Shown piece by piece: positions 1 to 8,223 of a stretch of 64,000 bases of DNA. Position numbers and translations under genes: made by a program. The stretch comes from an uncultured Gemmatimonadales bacterium (lineage in GTDB: Bacteria > Gemmatimonadota > Gemmatimonadetes > Gemmatimonadales > GWC2-71-9), in the NCBI GenBank assembly GCA_963825055.1, contig CAWGSK010000008.1, forward strand, positions 1-64,000, given 5' to 3'. The notes beneath the pieces were generated by a model, which saw only the letters and a program-made list of their open reading frames with translations, did not search any database and was not told the DNA's origin. Within the stretch, counting starts at the first letter, position 1. The number at the start of each line of letters is the position of its first letter.

Positions 1-94
1 GCAGGTCTCGCAGTGACGCGAGAGCCGGAGGCGCTTCGTACTCGCGGGATCTACATTGGCCAACTCTCGTGAGCCCCTTACATCAGGCGAAACG

Positions 95-211
95 GTCTAA
101 CAAGGGTTTGCTGCTGACAGGGTAGGCTGCGGGGTCCGGCAGCACTCGCCTGGCGGCTCGCGCTGCGGGTCGGCATTGTGGTCCTGCAGCAGAAACCCAG
201 AGTCGTTAGAC
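95..211 (+). mobile_element. attC: integron attC site (117 bp)
   Basis: R'' GTCTAAC (95-101) and complementary R' GTTAGAC (205-211); inner arms GGGTTTGCTGCTG / CAGCAGAAACCC; near-identical copy at 6830-6946. Confidence 0.9.
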
Positions 212-217
212 CGCCCC

Positions 218-829
218 ATGCAGTTCCCCTTCGGCAAGGAGCCACAAGTGCCATTCGCAACAACTTGTCATGTGCGTCGCTCATGCAGCACGGGCATCAG
301 TTTGCTGCTACTCGGCCTCGCGCTCGCGGCGTGCCAGGTTGGCCCGCTCGGGGCTCAGGAAGCCGAGAAGGCGGCGGTCATTGCCGCCAGCCGCAGATTC
401 AGCCGGGCCGAGCGCCTGCATGATCCGGATTCGATCCGCGCGATCCTGTGGGAGGACGCCGTGTTGCAGCCCTCCGATGGGCGCCGGATCGAAGGGCACG
501 AGGCAATTCTCGCATTCTATGGTTTCCGAGCCGGCGGTGGAGGGGCCGCCCCAACGGCGTCCGCGTCCGCCGCCACATCCCCCACCGCCCCCGCGCCCGA
601 CCCAACACCACCGAAGTCGCCGAGTGGACTCGTGATCAGCCCGACGGGTGACATGGCGGTCGAGTGGGGCCCGGGCCAGATTCGGACGAAACGCGGGTAC
701 TACTCCTATAATTTCATGAGCATCTGGGAACGGCGTACTGGTGAATGGAAGCTCTTGGTGAACGCCTGGAACACCCGTCCGGCACCTGTGACCGCGCCCA
801 GTGCGGATACGACCGGGCAGTCTAACTAG
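218..829 (+). CDS. NTF2-like/DUF4440 family protein, possible lipoprotein (cassette gene)
   Basis: Starts just after attC (ATG 218, or GTG 248 after AAGGAG); LALAAC lipobox-like; C-terminal 'GDMAVEWG...IWERRTGEWKLL' typical of SnoaL/DUF4440. Confidence 0.65.
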   Translation: MQFPFGKEPQVPFATTCHVRRSCSTGISLLLLGLALAACQVGPLGAQEAEKAAVIAASRRFSRAERLHDPDSIRAILWEDAVLQPSDGRRIEGHEAILAFYGFRAGGGGAAPTASASAATSPTAPAPDPTPPKSPSGLVISPTGDMAVEWGPGQIRTKRGYYSYNFMSIWERRTGEWKLLVNAWNTRPAPVTAPSADTTGQSN

Positions 830-851
830 CGTTTGCAGCAGACCGTTAGAC
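820..851 (+). mobile_element. attC: truncated 32-bp attC-like site
   Basis: GTCTAAC-TAGCGTTTGCAGCAGACC-GTTAGAC: R'' plus a left-arm-like sequence joined directly to R'. Confidence 0.7.
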
Positions 852-867
852 CGCGGGAGGCATTGCC

Positions 868-1584
868 GTGAAACGTCTTCACATCCCCACCTCAGGTCCT
901 TGCGACTGGCGTCGGCTCCTCGCGGACCCCGAGAATCAGTGGGAACCCTCACGCTCGGCTTTCGAGCTTGCCGTCTCCTGGGAGGCCGCCAGAAAAACTG
1001 TGCGGGGGCTGCCAGCCGAGGTTGCGGCTGCCATCGATGCCACTCCAGCGCTCCAAGGAGCCGAACTGGTTATCGGCCTTCCCGAGCACCAGGTGCACTT
1101 CGTTGGGGGAGGCCACGCTTCACAGAATGACCTATGGGCCCTGCTCCGGCGAGAGCAGACACGCTTTTCAATGTCTGTTGAAGGAAAGGCCGGTGAGGCT
1201 CTTGATAAGCGAGTTCGGGACTGGCTCCTTAAAGCGGGGCAGCGAAGCAGGAAGCCCGAGCGCCTAGCAGCCCTGCAGGCAGACCTCGGCATTTCCGATA
1301 AGGACGTTAGCGACATTCGATATCAGCTATTGCACAGGGCGGCCTCAGCCCTAAAGGAGGCGGTTCGGTTCGGGACCCAATCAGCCATCTTGCTTATCCA
1401 GTCGTTCAATCGGAAGGCCGACGAGGGGAGTTGGCGCGATTGCTGTCAGTTTGGGGAGCTTCTCGGCGTTCAGCTATGCGAGGGATCCTTTGCGCTGGCG
1501 ACTGTCCAGACGGTGGTACCCCTATACTGTGGCTGGGTATCGTCGCCATGTGCCGGCGAGGAGCTCCTCCGCGCTGCGGTCTAA
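868..1584 (+). CDS. DUF6946-like protein (cassette gene)
   Basis: GTG start after GGAGG; 'IPT...DWRRLLADPENQW...SA.ELA.SWE', 'SQNDLW', 'VEGKAGE', 'IRYQLLHR' recalled as DUF6946; stop TAA lies inside attC R''. Confidence 0.7.
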   Translation: MKRLHIPTSGPCDWRRLLADPENQWEPSRSAFELAVSWEAARKTVRGLPAEVAAAIDATPALQGAELVIGLPEHQVHFVGGGHASQNDLWALLRREQTRFSMSVEGKAGEALDKRVRDWLLKAGQRSRKPERLAALQADLGISDKDVSDIRYQLLHRAASALKEAVRFGTQSAILLIQSFNRKADEGSWRDCCQFGELLGVQLCEGSFALATVQTVVPLYCGWVSSPCAGEELLRAAV

Positions 1585-1718
1585 CAAGCGCTTGAAGCTG
1601 TCGGCGCCTGCGGGCACCGGCTGGCGGTGCCGCCCAAGCCGCCCAGCATGCGATAAGGAAGCATTGCATTTACCCGCTGCGACGGCTCGCGCCGCAGCTT
1701 AAGCGCAGGACGTTCGAC
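1579..1718 (+). mobile_element. attC: integron attC site (140 bp)
   Basis: GTCTAAC-AAGCGCTTGAAGCTG ... CAGCTTAAGCGCAGGAC-GTTCGAC; R' deviates from GTTRRRY. Confidence 0.85.
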
Positions 1719-1737
1719 CGCGCACACGAGGGGGCAC

Positions 1738-3618
1738 ATGTTTCGTTTTCTTCGCCCGATCGCCATTGCGCTTGGCAGTTGGTGCGCCATCGTGACATGG
1801 TCGTCGCCGTTGGCAGCACAGCGCCCCCTCAACCTGGACTTCGAGCGTCCGAGCGTGTCATACCGCGACCGGCCATGGGGGTGGACGTTTGGCTGGTCGG
1901 CCTTCGCGAGCGGCCCAGAGGCCGACTTCGTCCTCGACAACGTCACACGGCGGGGAGGGCGCCAAAGCCTGCGCATCGCCGCCACGGACTCAACCTCGGG
2001 CACTGCTCCTTACTCGATGATGCTGCAACTCCCTTCCGACTTTAGCCGAGGTCGGGACGTCGCCCTAGCTGGTTGGGTGAGGACGGGAGGGCCCCGTGCG
2101 CAGGCCATGATCACTCTTGAGGCGTGGAAGGACCGGGCGTTCGCCGCCGCCGACACGGCCCGGTCTAACGCCTCGACCGCTTCTCCCGGTGCTGAGGAGT
2201 GGACGAGGTTAGAACTCCACATACACGTCCCCAACGACTCGGCGGTGCATTCGCTGGTGATTACGGTCGCGCTTGAGGGTCGCGACACGGTATGGTTCGA
2301 CGACTTATCACTTTCCTTGGACGGTGTTCCGTTGAGCGCTGTACCGACGACGGTCCAACCGGCGACCCCAGCGGAGCTTGCCTGGTTGAGGCGCCACGCG
2401 CAACCGCTTCGCACAGTCAGCGCACCCACGGATGGAGCGATCGACGACTCGGATTTACGGCTCATCAGAGACATCGTTGGTGGCGCGCGTGTTGTTGGCT
2501 TGGGTGAATCCACGCACGGTACGCGAGAGTTTTTCCAGGTCAAGCACCGTCTGCTGGAGTATTTTGTGCGCGAGCTCGGCTTCACGGTGTTCGCCATCGA
2601 AGCAAACCAGCTCGCCGTCCAGAAGATCAACGCGTACGTCAAGGGGGGGAGCGGAACGGCTCGGGACGCCATGCGCGTGATGTTCAGAGTCTGGAACACG
2701 GAGGAGATGCTGGAGCTCATTGAGTGGATGCGCGACTACAACGCGGCACATCCTAACCGGTCAGTCCGATTCGTCGGGTACGACATGCAGGACCATCGGA
2801 CGCCGTCAGACACGCTCCGGGCGTTTCTCGAGCGGACCGAGCCCGCCTTCCTTGAGAACTTCGACTCCCTGACGTCCGAGTATCGGCAACAAAGGGGTTC
2901 GGCAACACCGGGCGCTTCCGATAGCGTGCGTGCTCTCTGGGCCCATCAGGCGGATACCCTCTGGAACACCGTCAGCAGGTGGCGGACCACCTGGCTCGCG
3001 CGTGCGTCGACACGGGCGGACACGCTCGAAACAGAGCAGGCCATCCAGGCGGCCAACCTGCTCCGGCAGGCCGCTCGATTCAATGTTGCACTGAGTTCTC
3101 CGGAGCGCGACAGTCTGATGGCAGCCAATCTCGATTGGGTGCTTCGTGTCTTGGCACCGGACGCACGAGCGGTGATCTGGGCGCACGATGTCCACGTCAG
3201 TCACGGAGGCGACGCAACGCTCAGTTTCAATGCCGGCGCGCAGATGGGGGCCTACGTGCGTGCCTTCGGCTACGATTATCGCGCTTTCACGCTCCTGACC
3301 TACGACGGCACGTACAGCGCCACCAGGAGCTTCAGTGACCACCGCATGATAGAGGCGGCAGCTTTTCCGGCGCCCCCTGGCAGCGTGGAGGTCGAGCTAC
3401 ACCGTCTAGGTCACCCCGACCTGAGCGTCGGGTGGGTTGTGGACCTACGCGCAGCTCGCGCAGGTGACACCGCGGAATGGCTCCGCCGCGCGCGTTCGAT
3501 CCGGCATATCGGATACGCCGCCTACGATTACGGCTTCGAGTTCAGCGCTGTTCTTCCACTCGAGTTTGACGGCATTGTATTCGTCGATCGCACGACAGCC
3601 TCACGTCTCCTTCCATGA
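1738..3618 (+). CDS. erythromycin esterase family protein with signal peptide and extra N-terminal beta-sandwich-like domain
   Basis: 'VVGLGESTHGTREFF', 'FAIEAN', 'VRFVGYDMQ', 'RDSLMAANL', 'IWAHDVH', 'EFDGIVFV' match the EreA/EreB family pattern. Confidence 0.85.
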   Translation: MFRFLRPIAIALGSWCAIVTWSSPLAAQRPLNLDFERPSVSYRDRPWGWTFGWSAFASGPEADFVLDNVTRRGGRQSLRIAATDSTSGTAPYSMMLQLPSDFSRGRDVALAGWVRTGGPRAQAMITLEAWKDRAFAAADTARSNASTASPGAEEWTRLELHIHVPNDSAVHSLVITVALEGRDTVWFDDLSLSLDGVPLSAVPTTVQPATPAELAWLRRHAQPLRTVSAPTDGAIDDSDLRLIRDIVGGARVVGLGESTHGTREFFQVKHRLLEYFVRELGFTVFAIEANQLAVQKINAYVKGGSGTARDAMRVMFRVWNTEEMLELIEWMRDYNAAHPNRSVRFVGYDMQDHRTPSDTLRAFLERTEPAFLENFDSLTSEYRQQRGSATPGASDSVRALWAHQADTLWNTVSRWRTTWLARASTRADTLETEQAIQAANLLRQAARFNVALSSPERDSLMAANLDWVLRVLAPDARAVIWAHDVHVSHGGDATLSFNAGAQMGAYVRAFGYDYRAFTLLTYDGTYSATRSFSDHRMIEAAAFPAPPGSVEVELHRLGHPDLSVGWVVDLRAARAGDTAEWLRRARSIRHIGYAAYDYGFEFSAVLPLEFDGIVFVDRTTASRLLP

Positions 3619-3654
3619 CGGGTTCGCGAGAAGGAGGTGTGGCGTGGTATCGAC

Positions 3655-3661
3655 GTTAGAC
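3655..3661 (+). mobile_element. orphan attC R' box remnant
   Basis: gacGTTAGACCGC resembles the other cassette starts (205, 845), but no R''/left arm precedes it. Confidence 0.4.
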
Positions 3662-3789
3662 CGCACTCGTCTACTTGATTGCCGGGCCCCATATCTGGTG
3701 GCTAATCTTCCACCTACCGTCCAGCTGCCGGCGCAGGAGCGTGAGGGTCGCACTTCTGACTCTCGACGCCTGACGAACGGTTCTCTACC

Positions 3790-4978
3790 TCGCGTCCATC
3801 ATAGCTGTGCGCGGCGAAACGGGAGAGCCGGTGTGGCACTATCAGGTGACGCGTGGCGATAACTGGGACTACGATGCCATGCAACCGCTGATGCTGGCGG
3901 ACCTCACGATCGCGGAGAGGCCGCGCAGGGTCGTGATGCAGGCGAACAAGAACGGCTTCTTCTACGTGCTCGATCGTCAGACAGGCCAGATCATCTCCGC
4001 GACTCCGTTCGTGGACGGGATCACTTGGGCGACACGCATCGATTCGATCACGGGGCGGCCGGTGGAGTCTCCCACGGCGTACGCCGGGCTGCAGGCGACG
4101 CTCGTCTCGCCCGATCCCGAGGGTGCGCACAACTGGTATCCGATGTTGTACGACGCCTCGAAGGGACTGGTGTTCCTGCCGACCCGGAGCGGGGGCGTCA
4201 TGCTGCACGCGCCAGATTCCAATTGGCGGTCCGACCTGAGCGGGTGGAATCTCGGCCTCGACGCTCGCTATGATGGTCCACTCGTGGCCAGGCGCGACAA
4301 ATCCCCCGTTCCGCGTGGCGAACTGCTCGCCTGGAATCCTGTCGAGCGGCGCGGAGTGGCGCGTCTCTCTTCCTCTTTCGCAGAGCGGTGGCGTGCTCGC
4401 GACGGCCGGAAATGTCGTCTTTCACGGTTGCGCCGATGGAATGCTCACAGCGTATAGCTCCAACGACGGTTCCAACCTCTGGGAGTTCGATGCCGGCACG
4501 GGGATCATGGCACCGCCTGTTACCTATCTCGCCGGGTGGCAGGCAGTACGTCACGGTGATGGTGGGCTGGGGCGGCCCCATGGGCCTGTTCAACATTCCA
4601 ACCGTGGGTCCCGTGAAGCCGGGACACGGATGCATCCTGACTTTCGCGCTCGACGAGTCCGCCAGCCTTGCGCCGCGTCCATATGGGCACACTAAGCCGC
4701 CGTCGCCCGCCATCCACTTCGACACTACCGCGGCAGCGTTGCAGGAAGGGGCGCTGCTCTATCACACCTACTGCTGGTCCTGTCATGGCGCGAATGTCGT
4801 AGCGGGCCCAGTACCGGATCTGCGCTACTCCACCGCGGATGTACACGCCCAGTTCGACGCGATTGTGCGTCAAGGTGCGCGTAAGCTGCTCGGGATGCCG
4901 GCATTCTCCGATAAACTCAACCCGTCGGAGGTGCGTGCGATTCAGGCTAACGTCCTTTCCCGCGGAGCAGCCAAGTGA
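3790..4978 (+). pseudogene. 5'-truncated, frameshifted PQQ-dependent quinohemoprotein alcohol dehydrogenase
   Basis: Family motifs are spread over three frames: 'WHYQ...DNWDYDA...QANKNGFFYVLDR' (3807 ORF), 'GGVLATAGNVVF...APPVTY' (4270 ORF), 'GRQYV.VMVGWGG...CWSCHG...PDLR' (4388 ORF); N-terminal half absent. Confidence 0.85.
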
Positions 4979-5046
4979 TTTTTCGCTGATGCCCCTCTAT
5001 TCCGAGGCTTCTCCCGATTCCCGCTTTCATGCCTGGAGTGCCCCCA

Positions 5047-5766
5047 ATGCGACTACGCTCATCCATGCGGGTCATGTTCATCGCCAACCTCGCCATGTTC
5101 CTGACGCTCGTGACTCTCGGGACCGTCGGGTACGCGAGGCACCAGTCGGACATCCTCACTGTCGAGCGCATCAACATCGTCGATTCGACTGGGCATCTTG
5201 CGCTGGTACTGTCCAACGGAGCCAGGCTGCCGGGCGCGACCTTCGCCGGCCGGGAGTACCCGCAGTCGTTCGTCGGGCGCGGCCGCAGCGCTGGGATGAT
5301 CTTCTTCAACGAGGTCGGCGATGAGGTGGGCGGCCTCATCTACGAGGGTGCGCCCATGGATTCCGGCTACCGCGCCTTTGGGCACCTCTCGTTCGATCAG
5401 TGGAGGCAGAACCAGGTAGTGGCCGTGCAGTATCAAGATGACGGCCGGTCGCGCTCAGCGGGCGTGAGAGTCTGGGATCGCCCACCGAATGCCCCCTTGG
5501 AGGACCAGTTCTCCCTTGCGGCTCGCATGCAGGCCGCGTCCGGCGCCACCCGTGACTCCCTCAATCAAGAGCGACTTCGGGTTCGGGCTCGCGTGGCGGG
5601 GGCACCACGGCTGTTCCTTGGGAGCGAAGACCGGGTCGCCAAGCTCGAGCTTCGGGATGTCGCAGGGCGCGTGAGGGCACAGTTGTTCGTTGATGCGACG
5701 GGTGTGGCACGCCTGGCCTTCTTGGACAGCCTCGGCCGCACAACCGCTGAGTATCCTGGCCACTGA
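5047..5766 (+). CDS. hypothetical membrane-anchored/secreted protein
   Basis: N-terminal hydrophobic helix, 'LTVERINIVD..G..LVLSN'; ends just before attC at 5789. Confidence 0.7.
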   Translation: MRLRSSMRVMFIANLAMFLTLVTLGTVGYARHQSDILTVERINIVDSTGHLALVLSNGARLPGATFAGREYPQSFVGRGRSAGMIFFNEVGDEVGGLIYEGAPMDSGYRAFGHLSFDQWRQNQVVAVQYQDDGRSRSAGVRVWDRPPNAPLEDQFSLAARMQAASGATRDSLNQERLRVRARVAGAPRLFLGSEDRVAKLELRDVAGRVRAQLFVDATGVARLAFLDSLGRTTAEYPGH

Positions 5767-5788
5767 CCGCCTTGGGGTGGCCGTTGCT

Positions 5789-5913
5789 GCCCAACCCGCG
5801 CATGAAGCCGCCAGGGCGCAGGGCATTCGGTTTGGCTGGAAGAGCGGTTGTCAGGGGGTGTGGCTGGACGGCTTACGGCCGCGCCCTGCAGCTTATGCGC
5901 AAATCCGTTAGGT
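5789..5913 (+). mobile_element. attC: integron attC site (125 bp)
   Basis: GCCCAAC-CCGCGCATGAAGC ... GCTTATGCGCAAATCC-GTTAGGT. Confidence 0.85.
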
Positions 5914-5937
5914 AGCTCTCTAACAGTTGGAGGACGG

Positions 5938-6810
5938 ATGCGGCCCCTGGCAGCGTGCATGGCGTTGGGACTGGGTTGGCTCACGGCGCCAGCGTCGACA
6001 TCGGCGCAACACACAGGTGCGATGGCAGTACTCGATACCCTGGGGCTCCAGTCAGGACGGGTGGGCCGTGTCGAGTACTACTTTGACGCGCCGGACCAGG
6101 CGCGGGCGCAGGTGCTCGCTTCCTTGGTGAACGATGCCGCAGCTGAATTCGAGCGTGAACTCGATCTCCGATTTGAGCTGTCCCTGGCAGCGCTCGGACC
6201 AGACCACTGGTTCTCTGAGTTCCCGGGGGTCCCCTACGCTGTGCCCTGGGCATCGATTCCTGAGCGACTCCTACTGCTTCCCTCATCGCTGTCGCAAGGT
6301 GTGCTCATCACGGGGCCGAATGCGCTTGCGGATCGGCGACGGGTAGACTTCGTGGCGCTTCATGAGTACGGGCACATTGCGGCAAAGGAATATTTCCGGC
6401 CCACAGCGGCCGAGGCCTACACGCCGGTGAGCTGGTTCGAGGAACTCATCGCAACGTATTTCGCATACTCCTACGTGGCGGGAGCGGAGCCCGAGTGGGC
6501 CTCAGCGGTACGGGCAGAATGGTCGTCACAGATAGAAGCCTTCACACCTCCGGTCCTCTCCCTGGACTGGCGCTTCATGAACTCGTTGCCGGGGCCAGAG
6601 CTGTCGCGTACGTACGGGTGGTATCAGTTCGTGCTGAACCAGCGGGCCGCTGAGCTCTATGACCGACACGGTGTCGCCCTGCTCCCGCGCCTCAAAGCTG
6701 CCCTGTCGTGGAGGGACGCGTCCGGTTGGACACCAGCTGGGCTGTTGAAGGCTCTGGACGGGGTGACGCCGGAACTCGCCAGCTGGGCACGCGATTTCGG
6801 TCGCCGGTAG
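5938..6810 (+). CDS. secreted HExxH (gluzincin-like) protein (cassette gene)
   Basis: GGAGG RBS, signal peptide, 'LHEYGH' and downstream 'WFEELIA'. Confidence 0.65.
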   Translation: MRPLAACMALGLGWLTAPASTSAQHTGAMAVLDTLGLQSGRVGRVEYYFDAPDQARAQVLASLVNDAAAEFERELDLRFELSLAALGPDHWFSEFPGVPYAVPWASIPERLLLLPSSLSQGVLITGPNALADRRRVDFVALHEYGHIAAKEYFRPTAAEAYTPVSWFEELIATYFAYSYVAGAEPEWASAVRAEWSSQIEAFTPPVLSLDWRFMNSLPGPELSRTYGWYQFVLNQRAAELYDRHGVALLPRLKAALSWRDASGWTPAGLLKALDGVTPELASWARDFGRR

Positions 6811-6829
6811 GGATCTGGACCTGAGAGCT

Positions 6830-6946
6830 ACCTAACAAGGGTTTGCTGCTGACAGGGTAAGCTGCGAGGTCCGAGAGCACTCGCCTGGCGGCTCGCGCTC
6901 CGGGTCGGCATTGTGGTCCTGCAGCAGAAACCCAGAGTCGTTAGGT
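6830..6946 (+). mobile_element. attC: integron attC site (117 bp)
   Basis: ACCTAAC ... GTTAGGT; differs from 95-211 at 9 positions by eye. Confidence 0.9.
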
Positions 6947-7087
6947 GGCCACACAGCTAGCGCTATGGCTGCCCGTTTGTGAGGCGGCGGCGAAGCTATG
7001 CCTGTCGCAATTGCCCCTAGTGCAGGTTCTATAACTTGACGGCACACTTACCCTCCGATCCTCCCGTGGACGACTCCGGCTCCAGCC

Positions 7088-7333
7088 ATGTCTTACAAGA
7101 CTGTGATTGGTCTACTAATTATCCTCTTCCTCGGCGTCGCGATCGCCATGCTAAGTACGAAGTATGGTGACACGGAGGATTCGGTCCTATGCCAGGCTCT
7201 TTACCGCAACGCTGAGACCCACCAGGACACGCTTCTCGTCGATGCCCGGCCTCCGCACAAGGAGCGCGCCGGTGACGAGCGACAACGGGGTCCAACTTGT
7301 GGCGACCTGAGGCGCTTGCAATCACAGCCCTGA
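7088..7333 (+). CDS. small membrane-anchored hypothetical protein (cassette gene)
   Basis: 81 aa, N-terminal TM helix, two Cys; best ORF between attC sites 6946 and 7345. Confidence 0.55.
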   Translation: MSYKTVIGLLIILFLGVAIAMLSTKYGDTEDSVLCQALYRNAETHQDTLLVDARPPHKERAGDERQRGPTCGDLRRLQSQP

Positions 7334-7344
7334 CTGGCGCGGCC

Positions 7345-7486
7345 ACCTAACAAGCGCTTAAAGCCGCCCAGCGCCCCCGGGCCTCGGCCTCCTTGCGGCG
7401 GGCCCCTGGCGGTGCATACTCAGAGGAAGTCAGACAGTTCGCTGCGGGCGAGGAGTCGCTGGCAGCTTAAGCGCAGGACGTTAGGT
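7345..7486 (+). mobile_element. attC: integron attC site (142 bp)
   Basis: ACCTAAC-AAGCGCTTAAAGCCGCC ... GGCAGCTTAAGCGCAGGAC-GTTAGGT. Confidence 0.9.
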
Positions 7487-7505
7487 GCACAGCAACAAGG
7501 AGCCG

Positions 7506-7910
7506 ATGTCACACCTCGCCTTGGTCGCGCTACTCGTGCGCGAATACGACGCCGCCATCACCTTCTTCGTAGACAGCCTTCAGTTTGAGCTTGTGGAAGA
7601 TGTGCCGTCATGGACGAACGATGGACGCCCTAAGCGCTGGGTCGTCGTCCGTCCGGTTGGTGGTGAGACCGGTATCCTCTTGGCGCGTGTCGATGGTGAG
7701 CATCAAGTGGCGGCGGTCGGGGAACAGTTCGCTGGCCGGGTGGGGATGTTCTTGCGGGTCGACGACTTCGATACAGCACATGCGCGGATGACTGCGGCCG
7801 GTGTTGTATTCGTGTCACCTCCGCGTGCGGAACCGTACGGCATGGTGGCAGTCTTCCTCGATTGTGAAGGCAATCGATGGGACCTTCTCGGACCAGTTGC
7901 TGGCACCTAA
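7506..7910 (+). CDS. VOC/glyoxalase family protein (cassette gene)
   Basis: AAGGAG RBS; 'LVREYDAAI.FF...FELVED', 'EPYG.VAVF.D.EGNRWDL'; stop in attC R''. Confidence 0.9.
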   Translation: MSHLALVALLVREYDAAITFFVDSLQFELVEDVPSWTNDGRPKRWVVVRPVGGETGILLARVDGEHQVAAVGEQFAGRVGMFLRVDDFDTAHARMTAAGVVFVSPPRAEPYGMVAVFLDCEGNRWDLLGPVAGT

Positions 7911-8045
7911 CAAGCGCTTGAAGCTGTCGGCGCCACGGGCGCCAGCTGGCGGTGCCGCCTCGGCCGCCGTGCATGCCATAAGGAAGTCGTTGATTGTCAT
8001 CCCCTGCGGCACGTCGCGCCGCAGCTCAAGCGCAGGACGTTGGGC
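7905..8045 (+). mobile_element. attC: integron attC site (141 bp), last of the array
   Basis: ACCTAAC-AAGCGCTTGAAGCTG ... CAGCTCAAGCGCAGGAC-GTTGGGC; same family as 1579 and 7345. Confidence 0.9.
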
Positions 8046-8223
8046 AGCACCATCGACATTCATTCCATCACCCCGACCCTTCCATACGGAATATTCCGTG
8101 GCATCTCCTTCGCATCCGGCTGACAAGACCAAGGAGGAGCTCCTTGCAGAGGTGCGAGGCATGGCGCCACAGAGTGTCGCCCCGAGAGCCGGCTGCCCCT
8201 GAAGGAGCAGACCGGCTGTCGCC

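Noticed and set aside
1..94. 3' end of an upstream cassette gene
   Set aside because: Too short to assign a frame or product.
6947..7087. Internal cassette promoter (TTGCCC...TATAAC)
   Set aside because: Spacing is 13 nt, so it is not supportable, although the long leader could hold a promoter.
95..8045. attC repeats read as CRISPR repeats or IS ends
   Set aside because: They are separated by whole genes and carry RYYYAAC/GTTRRRY boxes; no transposase is present.
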